DNA of 64,000 bases from the human T2T-CHM13v2.0 reference genome, Homo sapiens: NCBI RefSeq assembly GCF_009914755.1, contig NC_060947.1. The stretch is one strand, 5' to 3'. Positions 37,700-60,822 of this stretch are shown one piece after another. How positions within the stretch are numbered: the stretch's first letter is position 1; every line of letters begins with the position of its first letter. Below the pieces are notes generated by a model. That model was not told the DNA's origin and searched no databases. It saw only the letters and a list, made by a program, of their open reading frames with translations. Position numbers and translations under genes: made by a program.

Positions 37700-39591
37700 A
37701 AATAAATCCAAATATATTGTAATGACAATGTGAATTGGTTGTATTCACTTAAAAAGAGACAGTGACTCTCAGATTGTGTTAAAAATAAAAATATACCTCT
37801 GTACTGTATTAAATAAGATGGAAAAAGATAAACCAGGCAAAAACTAATAAAAAGAAAGCAGAAGCTGCATTATCAATATAAGACAGAGTAGAATTTCAGA
37901 CTGAAAGGACTAAAGGACACAGAAGGACGCTTATTATTAAGTCTGGTTATATTACCTAGAAAATGTAACACAATCGTTTATGTAGTTAACTATAGCTTCA
38001 AAATATGCAATGCAAAATAGTATATATATATATATGGAAACATTGTTACATCTACAATCATAGTTGGGAGGCTTAGCACACCTTTTTCAATAATCCACAG
38101 ATTAGCAAAAAGATAGAGGATTTAAATTTCACAATTGATGTGCTTTAACTAATCTCTCTAATATAAACAACTTTGTACACAACAGAAAATAACATTCTTT
38201 TCAAATGCACTTGGTTTTAAAAAGTGCCCAGGTATTAGAACATGCTTATTCAAGAGTTAAATCCCATCAATTTCTTTTTTAAAAAAGTGGAAAGAGTACT
38301 CATAGGGGTCATATTTATTATTCATAATTTATTTATTTAGCAAATATTTATTGAGTGCTTACTATGTTCCAGGCCCTGTTTCAGGTACTGGAAATGTAGC
38401 AAATAAGAAGCAATGTCTCAGTTCCCAAGGAGCTTACATCCTAGATAGAAGAATCAAATAATACATAAGTAAATGAATAAGTGATAAGTCCTGTAATGAT
38501 TTCACATTGCATACCTGTATCAAAACATTTCATGTACCCCATAAATATATACATTTACTATGTACCCACAAAATTAAAAATAAAAAAATTTAAAAAAGGA
38601 AAGAAAGTCAAACTCAATGATGCCATAGAAGCTGCAGGGATATTTTTAATTGCACAATTAAGAAATACCTTGAAGAGAAGGTGACACAATATAATGAAAT
38701 AAAATTAGACATTAATGCAGTCCCCACACCGAATCCAAAATTTAAGAAAAAAAAGCATCTTCTAAATGACTCTGGGTTAAAGAAGAAATAAAAATCATGA
38801 CTTCAAATTATGTAGATGAGAATGGAAATAAACCCACCAGATGTAAAACCTGGGATGAGGTTAGAGTTATTAAAGAGGGTCATTTATACACTCACTTACA
38901 TATTCAAAAATAAGGAAGACTTAAGATAAATGAACTAGACATTTAACTCAAGAATGTAGAAAAAGAACAGTAAATTGAATCTTAAGGAAATAGAAGGAAG
39001 GAAAAATAAAGATAAGAAAAAAAGAAAGCAAGAAGAAAAAAATCACAATACAATTGATTGATACAAGTTATTTGAGAAAATTTTTTTGGCAATTCTGATC
39101 AAAGAAAAAAGAAGAGACAATAAACAACATTGGGAATTATAATTAAAGATATAAAAGGCAATAGGAAAAATATAAGAAAATACAAGTCAGAATTTTATAA
39201 CACTCAAATTGAAATTTCAGACAAAATGGATCATATATTAATAAAATACAACTAATCAAAACTGGCTCAAGAAGTAGAAAACTTGAATAGAACAATAAAG
39301 AGATAAAAATTTTACTTCAGGCCGGGCATGGTGGCTCACGCCTGTAACCCCAGCACTTTGGGAGGCCGAGGTGGGTGGATCACTTGAAGTCAAGAGTTTG
39401 AGGCCAGCCTGGCCAACATGGTGAAACCTCATCTCTACTAAAAATACAAAAATTAGCCCGACATGGTGGCACGCACCTGTAGTCCCAGCTACTCAGGTAG
39501 CCGAGGCATGAAAATCACGTGAACGGAGGTTGCAGTGAGCCAAAATCGTGCCACTGTACTCCAGCCTGGGTGACAGAGCGAGACTCTGTCT

Positions 39592-39634
<43 letters not shown>

Positions 39635-40540
39635 TGCTTAAAAACAAACAACAAAAGGAAAGAAAGACAATTACTGTGCTCAGACTATTATTTTTAGAAA
39701 AGTTCTTCCCCAAGCCTTTAAGGAATGGAAAAATTCTCTTGTTATATAAACTAATTCCAGAACACAGAAAACTTCCTAACGCATTTCATAAGGCTAGTAT
39801 AATTATATTATGCATTTCATAAGGCTAGTATAATTATAATACCAAAAACTGAAAAAGGATGGTACACAGAAAAAGAAAACTATAAACGGATCTCATCTAC
39901 AAAAATGTAAAACCAGATATTAGCAAATTGAAATCCAGCAGTTTATTAAAAAAAATTGTCACTACCGTGTGAGGTTTATTGCAAGAATTCAAAGGTGGTC
40001 CAATATTTAAACATTTTTATTGTAATCTACTATATTAAAATCATTAAAATATGATAATCTCAATAGGAACCATAAAATTTTTTGTTCAAATTAAACATCC
40101 ATTCCTGATAACAACTCCTGGCATTCTAGGAATAGAAGTTTCCTTAACTTGGCAAAGGATTTGTGTAGGAGATGCATAGAAATATTGTACTTAATGATGA
40201 AACGTGAAAAGCATTCCTGTTATATTCAGGAGCTAGACTCTGACTATAAGGATGTCTGTTATCACCTTTACTATTCAACATTACTCTGGACTTCTTGTTA
40301 CATATAATAAGATGAAAAGATAACATGAATAGTATAAAGTATCAGAAAGGAAAAATATTAAACTGTCATTTACAGACAATATAAATGTCTTTTGAGAAAA
40401 TCAGAGAAAATCAACTGACAAACTTTTATAACTAATAATACAAATTCATTAGGGTGGCCTGATACAAGGTCAACATTCAGAAATTGTAGCTTTGCTTTGC
40501 ACCAGCAATACACAAATGGAAAATGGATAAGAAGCTTCTA
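37700..40540 (+). mobile_element. Old L1M ORF2 fragments with embedded L2 (~38330-38490), a short L1 3' tip (~38495-38595) and an Alu
   Basis: Decayed EN and RT motifs (aggatgtctgttatcacctttactattcaacat; tttacagacaatata). Confidence 0.65.
39319..39628 (+). mobile_element. AluS with ~36-nt pure A tail
   Basis: Alu dimer with a small right-arm deletion. Confidence 0.93.
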
Positions 40541-41466
40541 TGTTAGAATAGAGGGAAGATACCATTTCACCAGATCTCTCCTAATATTCAACAAAATGCA
40601 GAAAAAACAAAACAGCAGAAGAATGGAGATGATCATCAGCAACCAAAGAAAGGGGCACATTCCAATGACGTAAACTTCAAAATATCTCAGCCAAGTAAAG
40701 AAACAGGAGATTCCAGAACTGGGCATTGTGGTGCAGGGTAACCAGGCTCTTCCATTCCTCAGAAGCCATATAAGATACAGGAAGCACAAGACAAAGAATC
40801 TAAACAAGAAAAAAGCGTACCACAAAGAACAGAAGGAAATTTCCAAGTACTTTAAGCTATAGAACAACTTAATAAGAATATGAACTTAATAAAACAAGAA
40901 TGCAAAGATGAGATGTGAAAACAGCAGAATTAGGTAAAAAGGAAGATTGCAAACTAAAGAACCCATTAGGACAAAACAACATTATAGAATAAATTATAAA
41001 TAGAGTGAAATAGAAACATGTGGCTAAAAATTGAATTATGGACAGAGGAAGGGCTTCAGATAATTACATTGACGGGAAATGAAAAAGAAGAAATTAAATG
41101 AAATAACTATATGTACATATATATGTATATACATACACACACACATATATATATTCTTAAGAAAGAATAAAATGTTTAGATCTAAATAGCATAACATGTC
41201 CTGGGAAGTTTGATTGTCATTTGAAAGTTCGTTATTTCACAGTGCTAGAATCTGAGATGATATTTTATCTTATTCTGTGTACTTTATTGCATTGCATTGC
41301 TTCTTTATAATGAGCATGCATCATTTTTATAAAAATAGTGAAATCATTTTTCTAAAAAATGTAGAGAGAATATAATGTACAAAAAGCCACATTCACAATA
41401 TTAACAAAAACTATGAAATATTGGGGAATACAGCTAATAAGAAATGTATAAAATCTATAAAGAAAA

Positions 41467-41467
<1 letters not shown>

Positions 41468-41514
<47 letters not shown>
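41468..41514. repeat. (CA)~23 microsatellite
   Basis: Seen directly. Confidence 0.95.
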
Positions 41515-41516
<2 letters not shown>

Positions 41517-41615
41517 AAAATGACAATTTTCCTGAAGAGCACAAAAGAGGATGTGAATAAATTTTAAAAATACTACATGACCCTGGGTGAAAATACTTTA
41601 TTACTAAGATTTTAA

Positions 41616-41938
<323 letters not shown>

Positions 41939-42281
41939 TTAATCTATAAATTGGATGCAATCCTAATGAAAAGTCCAACAAGATTTTTTAAAAATGAAAC
42001 TTGGAACTTCACTTGAAATGCCCAAGGATATCCAAAAATAGTTGGAAAAAGCAGGGCAATGAAGGATTTGTCTTCCCCGACACCAAAACTTGCTACAAAA
42101 CGACACCATGTAAAAGTGTGATATTGAGGCAGTTTATAACTATATATATTATCAGTGAAACAGAAAAGTCAATCGATGAAACAGATCTGAGTATAAATGA
42201 GAATTTAACATATGGTTAAGTTAGCTCTTTAAATTTATTGGGGAATAATGGACTATTATATGAATGGTGCTAGGATTTGGA

Positions 42282-42282
<1 letters not shown>

Positions 42283-42337
<55 letters not shown>
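42283..42337. repeat. (CA)~27 microsatellite
   Basis: Seen directly. Confidence 0.95.
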
Positions 42338-42344
<7 letters not shown>

Positions 42345-42394
42345 GCAATGACCCAGAAGCCATACAAGAAAAGGTTAATGTTTTGACCACATCA

Positions 42395-42731
<337 letters not shown>

Positions 42732-42999
42732 GTAAAAATTCTGAATATCAAAAATACCATAAAATTAAGATGTTAGTGATAGATTGAGAAAATATATGTA
42801 CAACCTATATAACAGAAAAATAACTAATATACAGAAATGTGTAAAGAACTACAAACCATTTAAAAAATACAGCTGAATAGGAAAATACTCAAAGGATATT
42901 AACTAATACTCAGAGAAGAAATGCAAATGGATGTTAAGCATGTGAAATTATGCTCAAGATAATAGATATTTAGGAAAATGTGAATTAAAAGGACAATCT

Positions 43000-43302
43000 T
43001 GCCAGGTGCAGTAGCTCACACCTGTGTGATCCCAGCATTTTGGGAGGCCGAGGTGGGTGGATTGCTTGAGCTCAGGAGTTCGAAACCAACCTGGGCAACA
43101 TGGCAAAAACCCGTCTATACCAAAAGTACAAAAATTAGCTGGGCGTGGTGGCATGCGCCTGTAGTCCCAGCTACTGGGGAAGCTGAGATGGGAGGATCAC
43201 CTGAGCTCAGGAAGGTCGAGGCTGCAGTGAGCTGTGATTACATCACTGCACTCCAGCCTGGGCAACAGAGTGAGAACCTATCTCAAAACAAAACAAAAAA
43301 AA
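43000..43302 (+). mobile_element. AluJ-like
   Basis: TSD aaaaggacaatctt. Confidence 0.9.
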
Positions 43303-43346
43303 GGACAATCTTTTGTTGACTCTTATATTGGCAATAATTACTAATA

Positions 43347-43704
43347 CAGACGGTCCCCAATTTATGACAATTCAACCTATGATTTTTTTACTTTAATTGG
43401 TGGTGCAAAAGCAATACACATTCAGTAAAATCTGTACTTCAAGTACTCATACAACCATCCTGTTTTTCTTTCAATGTAGTATTCAATAAATTATGTGAGA
43501 TATTCAACACTTTATTATAAAATAGGCTTTGCATTAGATGATTTTGCCGAACTGTCAGCTAATGTGAGTGTTCCGAGCATTTTTAAGGTAGGCTAGGCTA
43601 TGATGTTTGGTAGGTTGGATGTATTAAATGCATTTTAGATTTATGGTATTTTCAACCTATAAGTTTATTTGAACATGACCCCATTATAAGTTGAGAAACA
43701 TTTG
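43347..43704. mobile_element. MER47A (Tigger-derived MITE)
   Basis: TA-flanked; cagacggtcccc... start and ...gaaacatttg end; aaggtaggctaggcta motif. Confidence 0.85.
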
Positions 43705-44112
43705 TACACAGTGTGCATGAGAGTGTGGGGAAATAGATCCTGTCTTATGTTTGATGGGGGTATAAATTGGCCAAGCCTTTTTGGAGGACAGTTTGGTGGT
43801 ATATCCATTAACTATATAAAATCTCACATCCTTCTTTTGGCAATATCAAATGTATAAAATCTCATACATTTAAGCAAATAATTATATTTATAGTAGAATA
43901 TCCTAAAGAAATTCTTCTACCTGTTGGCAAAGCTTTATGTGCCAGACTGTTCATTGTAACCTTGCTTTATTAGCTCCGGATCCAGAACTCATAATATGCA
44001 GCAGTTAAAAAGAATGAAGCAGCTTTAAATGTACTGGTATGTAGAGCTCTTTGAGACATAATTTTAAATGAAAAAAAAGCAAGTTGCAAAACAGTATGTT
44101 AATTATGATCCT

Positions 44113-44861
<749 letters not shown>

Positions 44862-45053
44862 TTGGGTTTGAATTTTATACTAGAATTGTACTCTTGTGGG
44901 ATTTGTATGTAAAGTAAACAGCAAATATTAAAACACCCCAATTATCTTTCCACTGGGATACACAGAGCTAACTCCATCAGCCACATTGTATAAATATAAC
45001 ATGAGTTATTTAATCTCTCCCCTATCAATAGCCATTTTATGTTGCGTCAGGCT

Positions 45054-45354
45054 TTTTTTTTTTTTTTTTTTTTTTTTGACAGAGTCTCACTCTGTCAGCC
45101 AGACTGGAGTGCAGTGGCGTGATCTAGGCTCACTGCAACCTCCATCCCTTGGGTTCAAGCCATTCTCCTGACTCAGCCTTGCAAGTAGCTGGGGTTATAA
45201 GCGCCTGCCACTGCGCCCGGCTAATTTTTGTATTTTTAATAGAAACGGGGTTTCACCACGTTGGCCAGGCTGGTCTTGAACTCCTGACCTCGTGATCCAC
45301 CTGCTTCGGCCTCCCAAAGTGCTGGGATTACAGGTGTGAGCCACCGTGCCCGGC
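45054..45354 (-). mobile_element. AluS
   Basis: Antisense Alu; TSD tgcgtcag. Confidence 0.93.
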
Positions 45355-45399
45355 TGCGTCAGTTTTTTCAAACCTTACAAGCATTGCGAAAAAAAAAAA

Positions 45400-45915
45400 T
45401 TCTAGTAAATATATCTTTGTGAAACTGTGTAGGCATATAGGTTGGCTAAATTCCAAGGAATAGAATTATTGGGTCAAAGAATTTGTGAAATATTATAGTT
45501 ATCATTTAATAGAGTTTGCCAAATTGCCCTATATAAAAAGCTTGCATCAATATCTGCCTCCAACAGAGTAGAGGAGTGCCCATTTCTTGACAAACCAGTC
45601 AACAATATTATCAAGTTTCTAAACTTTGAGAAAATCATACTTGAAACATGGTAAGGCATAGTTGCTTTGATTTGCATTTCTTTGTTTGAGCATCTTTTCA
45701 TATGTTTATTAGTAATCTATTTCTTTTCTGTGAACAAATCTGTTCATGTCTTTTGGCACATTTTTCTATTGGGTTGTTTATCATTTTACTAATGATCTGT
45801 AAGAGCTTTTAGATTATTACAAGTTAGCCTTTTGACAGTCAATGTTTATGGTTTTTTTTTTTTACTTTACCAAAGTTTAAAATTTGTATGCAATTAATTT
45901 ATCAATATTTTCCTT
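45400..45915 (-). mobile_element. Old L1ME fragment
   Basis: atttgcatttct...gagcatcttttcatatgtttatt...tgttcatgtctttt. Confidence 0.65.
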
Positions 45916-47199
45916 TGGTGGAGAAAGTAAGTTCGTCACTTTCAATTGAGTTCTGAAAAGCCATTAGTAAGATTGTAAGGCACTAGGACTTCCTTTCTTG
46001 GCTCCTGAAAGGGCCTCCTCCACACAGGGGCCCCTCACAGTGGAGCCCCTCCCTCTGGGGTGTCCTATTTCAATGTTCTAAGAAAGAGGCTGCCTGGAGG
46101 GTCTATATTTGGAGTATGACTCCTCAGCGGGGACAGGTGGATGCGTGGGGACTAACTTCTGCATATTTGGTCCCTGAGTTTTGGGATTATTCTGAGGGGC
46201 TTGTATGGGAGGTGCAGTGAAGTTGTAACACAAGGCAGGACATGAAAAAACTTCTTTTTCTTGGCAATTGCTTGGGATCCTGTACATTGCCCTTCCACTT
46301 GTGAGGGAAAAAAATAATGACACGGACATCAGGTGTGTTGCAGTGATTCACAGTCATCCACAGACCCTCACCACCATCTCCACTGGAAAATATTGAACAC
46401 TCGCCACTGCTAGGGTAGTATGTAGTACATGAATGGCAGACACCGGCGAGATCTCAAGTGTTACGACGGATGAAAATTCCACCTGTTAAGTCTCCTTTCC
46501 ATCCAAGCTCTAGCAGTTGGTTGTTCCATGGGTGTGGTGAGGCTGATCTGATTACATGCTTATGTAAAATCCAAATAAAGCCCCTTGAATGGAAAACAGG
46601 TTAATTTGGGAAGTCACTAGTAAAGCAGGTTAATTTGGTAAGTCACTAGTAAAGCACTAGGCTCATCAGGAGTTGGGTCTTAAATATATCCTCTAGAAGT
46701 CTTCTCTGAAGAAGGTCTTAGACACCTGAAAAAAGATGCTGAGTTCAGCCAGAACTTCAAAAGTTACAAATCACCTGTGTAAAATTGTCAATATTAGAAA
46801 ACGAAATGTCTTTCCAAAGATTAACTTATAGATCATATTGAATACGTGCTGGTTTTGTTTAGGACAATTTTGTATTTAAAATGTCAAGAATTACTAGTCA
46901 ATTTTGAAAGCTGTAAAATAGTTTGCAGTAACAGAAGACATTTTAAAATGTGGCACAAAATAATGTAAACAAAAGAATGAGTCTTTTGTTATTTTTACAC
47001 CCTGAATATTTTTTGTGTCAAATGAAAATGGCTATACTGTATTTTCTGATTACAATATTAGAAAAGAATGTCATATTAAAAGAAAAAAAAAGGAACACGA
47101 AAAAGAAAATTAAAGCTCTACTTGCACCTTCTGCTTTCCTTCCTGATACCCCCTTCCACAGCCCATTTGGTGCAGGCATTGTACTTAGAGAGGGCAGGT

Positions 47200-48010
47200 C
47201 GTGTAGGGGGCGGGTGGGGAGTGCTGGTCTTATAGTCTAAGAGAGAAATAAGTGATTACTCAAAGAAGAAACATAAAAGGCCACAGCCAAGGGCCGGGAG
47301 TGGGTAGGGGGATGCAGACCCTCCCCTGTAACTGAAGATGGGTAAACTCCAACCACAAGGCGATGATGCCACTTGTGGGCCCTCAGATTGGAGAGGACGG
47401 AGATGAGTGACAACGGCGTGCGCACTGGGGCACCGAGCACAGACCAGAGAACGGGGATGTCTGTGCGTGCGGAGTGGAGGAGGGGGGAGTTCCTGGTGAC
47501 TGGCCGCCGGCCCTTGGTGGGTGGTAGGGGGTGCTGGGGAGGAGGGCGAGCTCGGCGGTGACGCGCGGTCCTCACGTGACCCGGAGCTGCAGAGCTACGC
47601 AGCCTTCGTTGCAGTCGTCACTCGCATCTGGCTACCAGCTCCCCGCTGCCCTGCGCTCGGCGGGCTGGCATCGGGCCCGGGGAAAGCGGAGCAGGTAAGG
47701 GCCCTGGGGCCCGCGCGCCCTGGCCAGGCCGGCAGAAGCTCACTGACCCCGGCAGCGGTTACGGGGCTTGAGGGGGCGGTGGTCTATGCTGCCTCAAGTT
47801 CGAGGAGCCTTTGCCTCTGATTCTCCCTAGCCCCCTTGCCCCCGCCTACATCTGTGCAGGCGAACCGTGGGCTTTGATTTGTGGGGAGATTGTCTCTGCC
47901 AGAGGGAAATACAGAGATTGAGATGCCCATCGCTCTAATCACTGGCCACACATGTCCGCTCGCTTCCTGCTCAATTTAGTGGAAGGGATGCGCCACGGTG
48001 GCGTTTGCAG
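47200..48010 (+). promoter_or_regulatory. ARMCX4: CpG-rich promoter of ARMCX4
   Basis: Abrupt GC/CpG enrichment; GC box GGGGCGGG at ~47206; half-CRE TGACG at ~47559; E-box TCACGTGAC at 47572-47580. Confidence 0.85.
47580..47694 (+). other. ARMCX4: ARMCX4 first exon (TSS approximate)
   Basis: Strong donor CAG|GTAAGG at 47694/47695 inside the CpG-rich region. Confidence 0.75.
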
Positions 48011-48186
48011 AGAAAATGGTGGGCCTTAGAGACTGGACGGTGGGGTTGGTAAGGGTGGTGTCTCAGACTGTGGGGAGGGACGTTTGATAACCAGGTTCCT
48101 GAACCCGGAAAGGCGAGTATTGGGATCTATGTCCTGGGCTCTAGACCAACACTAAGTGGTTTTACTCTCTCCTGTCTGTCGGACAG

Positions 48187-48256
48187 TAGTTCGGTGTAGC
48201 ACTGTTTGCGGCGAGGAGAAAGGAAGGAGAGGAGAAAACTGCACTGGATCAAGGAG
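48187..48256 (+). other. ARMCX4: Candidate 5' cassette exon (70 nt)
   Basis: Acceptor ctctctcctgtctgtcggacag, donor GAG|GTTAGT; homologous to exon 50172-50263. Confidence 0.45.
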
Positions 48257-48707
48257 GTTAGTGTGAGTACAGACACTATCTAAACCATTGGAGTTCCATA
48301 TGAATTCTATGACAGGAACTTAGGTGCGGCTGTCTGAATGGGATGTGGGGTGGGGCTAGCTTGGGGACTTTCCCTAAACTGCATTTTACTTACCAAGCTT
48401 AGGACTTTTAAATTGTATGTTGAAGACCAAAGAAGACAGCAAACTTTTCTACAGATGCTTTTATTTGCATTTCAGATAATATTGAGAAAAAGATAAATTA
48501 TATTAAAGAATATTATTATTATTATTATTTTTTAGATAGCCTTTGGTGGGGAAGGATAGTGATTTTGTAGAAGCAAAAGGCTTCCCCTATAGCTTTTCTC
48601 TTCTGCTGGAGACTCCTAGAGATAGGTTGAAAGGGACGTGGACAGCAGTAGGTTGTGGTTCTAGAGTATGGGATCTGGGGTCTCCCATCTCTCCTGCCAT
48701 CCTTCAG

Positions 48708-48787
48708 TTTTCCAGATCCCTCTACCTACCTGACCATCTTGGTGAAGGAAATGGTGGGCTTTTGGGGAAATCCCTAGAACCCTACAG
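48708..48787 (+). other. ARMCX4: 5' exon (80 nt)
   Basis: Acceptor cctgccatccttcag, donor CAG|GTGGTT. Confidence 0.65.
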
Positions 48788-48811
48788 GTGGTTTTAAAAT
48801 AATTTGCCTTG

Positions 48812-49293
<482 letters not shown>

Positions 49294-49368
49294 TTAGATG
49301 GTAAGTGTCACAAGTACTTAACATCCACTCTCTTCTTTTTCTCCATCTGTTCCAAGGTCTTCCCATAG

Positions 49369-49436
49369 GCCTGCAGTAGGGCTGTTTACCATTGGAAGCA
49401 AGGGAAAGAGGAGGAGATCAATCTAGAAGCATGGAG
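49369..49436 (+). other. ARMCX4: Candidate 5' cassette exon (68 nt)
   Basis: Long polypyrimidine tract, acceptor cttcccatag, donor GAG|GTTGGT. Confidence 0.55.
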
Positions 49437-49771
49437 GTTGGTGTGAAGCGGGGGTAGTCTCTGGGGATGACAAGAGAGGGTGGGCATAGGAGGTGGGTGA
49501 GATTTAAGAGGGTCTCAGTGGAGTGCTGGATTGCCACAGTGCTGCCATGCCTCCTGTGGATTTCAGTGCAGGAAATGATAGGAATATGGGGGTAAGGGTG
49601 GGCTGGAGTATGACTGGGGGAAGACTTGATGGGGGGACCATGAGATGGTACACATTAGTATATAGAACCTGGGCTCTGGCGAGGCAGACATTGGGGTCAG
49701 GGATCAGGTTGCTTGTCTGTTCTACCAAGGACTCGGTTTCCATTACCTACTGTTTGTTTACTTGTCCATAG

Positions 49772-49855
49772 ATCTGCCTGCATGTCTGCTGCAGGGCTTA
49801 AGATCACTGGAAGCAAAGAAACAAAGAGGAGATTGCTCCTGATCAGTATAGACTG
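49772..49855 (+). other. ARMCX4: 5' exon (84 nt)
   Basis: Acceptor tgtttacttgtccatag, donor CTG|GTAAGA. Confidence 0.7.
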
Positions 49856-50171
49856 GTAAGAGTGTGGGGACTGCCTGGGTAGACCTCTAGAGTGGGTTGG
49901 TGGAGACCAGTGTGCATCCAGTAAGGACCAGTGACCAGTCTGGAGGATGAGGATCCTCAGTCTCTCCTTTTCCAGCCACCTTTCCCACCATCCCTGTCAT
50001 TTACTCCATACCCTCACCTTAATTCTGGTACAGGGAAAAGAGTGTGACAGTGTCTTAGGGAGTGGGGTGGACTGAGAAACGTAGAAAGGTAGTTTGCTAA
50101 TAATATGTCTGTCCCATCAAGAACAAACTCTCTACTCCCATCTGTCCCTCCATCTGTCTGTCTGTCTCTAG

Positions 50172-50263
50172 GTCCAGAGATCTCATGAATTTATGTATCT
50201 ACTTTAGGGTGTATTGCCAAGAGAAGCAAGAGGAGAGGAGGGAACTGCCTCGGATCATTACAG
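50172..50263 (+). other. ARMCX4: 5' exon (92 nt)
   Basis: Acceptor ctgtctgtctgtctctag, donor CAG|GTTGGT. Confidence 0.7.
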
Positions 50264-50555
50264 GTTGGTATGAGGGTGGGGCCCTGTAGACAGGTGACCA
50301 GAGTAGGTCCAGTAGAAATCAAAGTCTGGGACTTCTTGGTTGCTCCCATTTATCGTCAGACCTCCTACCATCCTTTCCACTGTTCATTTGGTGTATAGAA
50401 ATGTGTATAGAAGTATCTTGGAAGAAAATTATTGGGCATTGGGGAAGGTGGAGAGAAGATGAAATAAGAGGAATGGAGAGGCTGCTAATCATCCTCTCTT
50501 CCACCAAGCACATGGTTCTACCATTTTCTGTTCCTCTGTGTATCTATCTGTATGA

Positions 50556-58052
<7,497 letters not shown>

Positions 58053-58364
58053 TTGGCTGTATGTTCCCAAACAAATTTGAGTAATATTTTGGTTTTGCAC
58101 TCTGGAAGTAATGCACATTGTAAATTGCATTATAACTTTGAAACTGATGTTACCTATGATGGTCTATAGCTGGACCATTTTATGAACACCAAATGAATTC
58201 AAGCTTGTACTAAAAATACATGTGTTGATTTTTATCTTGTCTGGATTGAGATATTTTTAGTATGCTTCATGAGCAGAAACTGAATGGATTCTTCATAAGT
58301 AAGGTAATCTTTGGTCCTTTGTGTGGACTTATGTTTATACATTTAAGACTATTTTTATGTCATC

Positions 58365-58370
58365 AATAAA
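58365..58370 (+). terminator. ARMCX4: Polyadenylation signal of ARMCX4
   Basis: AATAAA ~310 nt after the stop, followed by GT-rich sequence. Confidence 0.75.
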
Positions 58371-59349
58371 GTTGTGTGTTTTAAGCAGCAGAAAAAAGTC
58401 ATTGTCCTTGTCCTTGAGTTTATGATCTGTTTGGAAAGGCAAGATATATGGAAACAAAAAGATAGCAATAAAACTGGGAGCTTCCAATCATGGCCAGATG
58501 CCTCCTATCAGTGTTTAGAGGCGGCAGAAACTGCTGCAGGCAACAGTGCTCAAGGAAAGTTTTACAAAGGAGGGGGACCCTTAGGTAAGCTGGGCTTCAA
58601 GGATACAAAAGGATCAGAAGGGCACTCAAGATGGAAGGAGTGATGGGAAAAAAGGCATGGAGATGGGAATCCTTCTCCAGAGAGAAATGCTGGCCTGCTT
58701 GAAGTGCAAAGTGTAGGGAGGGTAGTGACGAGAGAGAGAGAGAGTCAGGCAGTAGAGGTGAGTCCTGTTCGTGGAGCACCCCTAACTGCTAAACTGGGGT
58801 GTCTGAATATTACTACATCCACCCCTGGGAGACATCAAGGCCTTTTGTGACCGGAGGAATGACAAGACGAAAGGAAAATGATATGGTAGATTTATGTGCA
58901 GCAGGAGTCCAAGCTGGGGCGGGGATAGGAGTGGTGACTGGAGATTGGAAAAACAGGAAGCTACCACAAGTTACTCCAGGCATGAGATAATAAAGGTTTG
59001 AAATTTTACTGGAGGCCATGGGAATGGTAAGGAGAGGATGGACGTGAGAGGCCCTTTGAACCAATAAGTGCTGAGATGTATTCTGGAGACATACAGAGAG
59101 GACCAATTTTATTTTAGGGTCCTTGGGGCATTTGACAGAAAAGTGTCCTCTTTGCCAATTCTGGTATCCATGTAAGTAAACAGTTACAACTTTGAAATAA
59201 TAAGAAAGTATACTAGAAGAAAGAAGTTTTAGTGCTTGTATCAGATTTCCTTTATAAGGTTGGTTAAGGTGGGGCCTTTATGGAACCATAGAGAGTGTTG
59301 TTGGGATACACATAGAAGATCTACCTCTCTCCCACCCCATAGTGAGGGT

Positions 59350-60267
<918 letters not shown>

Positions 60268-60459
60268 TAAATGGAGGCTCACATATTTATGCCTACATAT
60301 TTGGAAAGTATAACTTAAAATTTTAAATAAATATTATTTGTAAAGCAATAAGTGTTTTAAAATTTAAATCATATTAGGTATTTAAAAAATAAAACCATTC
60401 TCAATACTAGCATTCGATGGCCACCAACTTACTCTACTGTAAAAAAATAATGTCACACT

Positions 60460-60822
60460 TGTAGTGGATTCTACCATCTGCTGCCCTGATTCCCCTTCAG
60501 GAATGAAAAGCTTATTATTTTAATTGCCAGGAGTGCGGCAAGTAGACAGTCCTCAGCTGTCAGCCCTCTTCAGGAATTTCCTCAGCTGAAGAAAGCCACC
60601 TCCCCCAAGGTTACACCCCCTACCTGGGGGTATTTCACATCCAATTACTGATGGATATGGCCTTCTTGCCCCAAATTGGGACAGCTTAACTCCTCCCTCT
60701 GTCCAATCCTGCTTCCTTCTTTTCCCTTCCACAGGTGTTGATCCCAAGAGCATTCCCTAGTAAAAACGCTTCATGCTGAACTCTATCTCTGGGCCTGCTT
60801 CCTGGGAAGCCAACCTGCAACA
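60460..60822 (+). mobile_element. LTR16-type (ERVL) 5' LTR
   Basis: TG...CA termini; cagctgtcagccctcttcagg; ctgcttcctgggaagccaacctgcaaca, followed by PBS-like gtTGGTACAAGAAGTGG. Confidence 0.8.

Noticed and set aside
40540-41200. A-rich block with a 109-aa antisense ORF
   Set aside because: Looks like a decayed L1/HAL1-type fragment; family could not be established and the ORF is compositional.
47373-47561. Promoter-region ORF containing MSDNGVRTG...
   Set aside because: Out of frame with the open leader, probably upstream of the TSS, and expected in GC-rich DNA.
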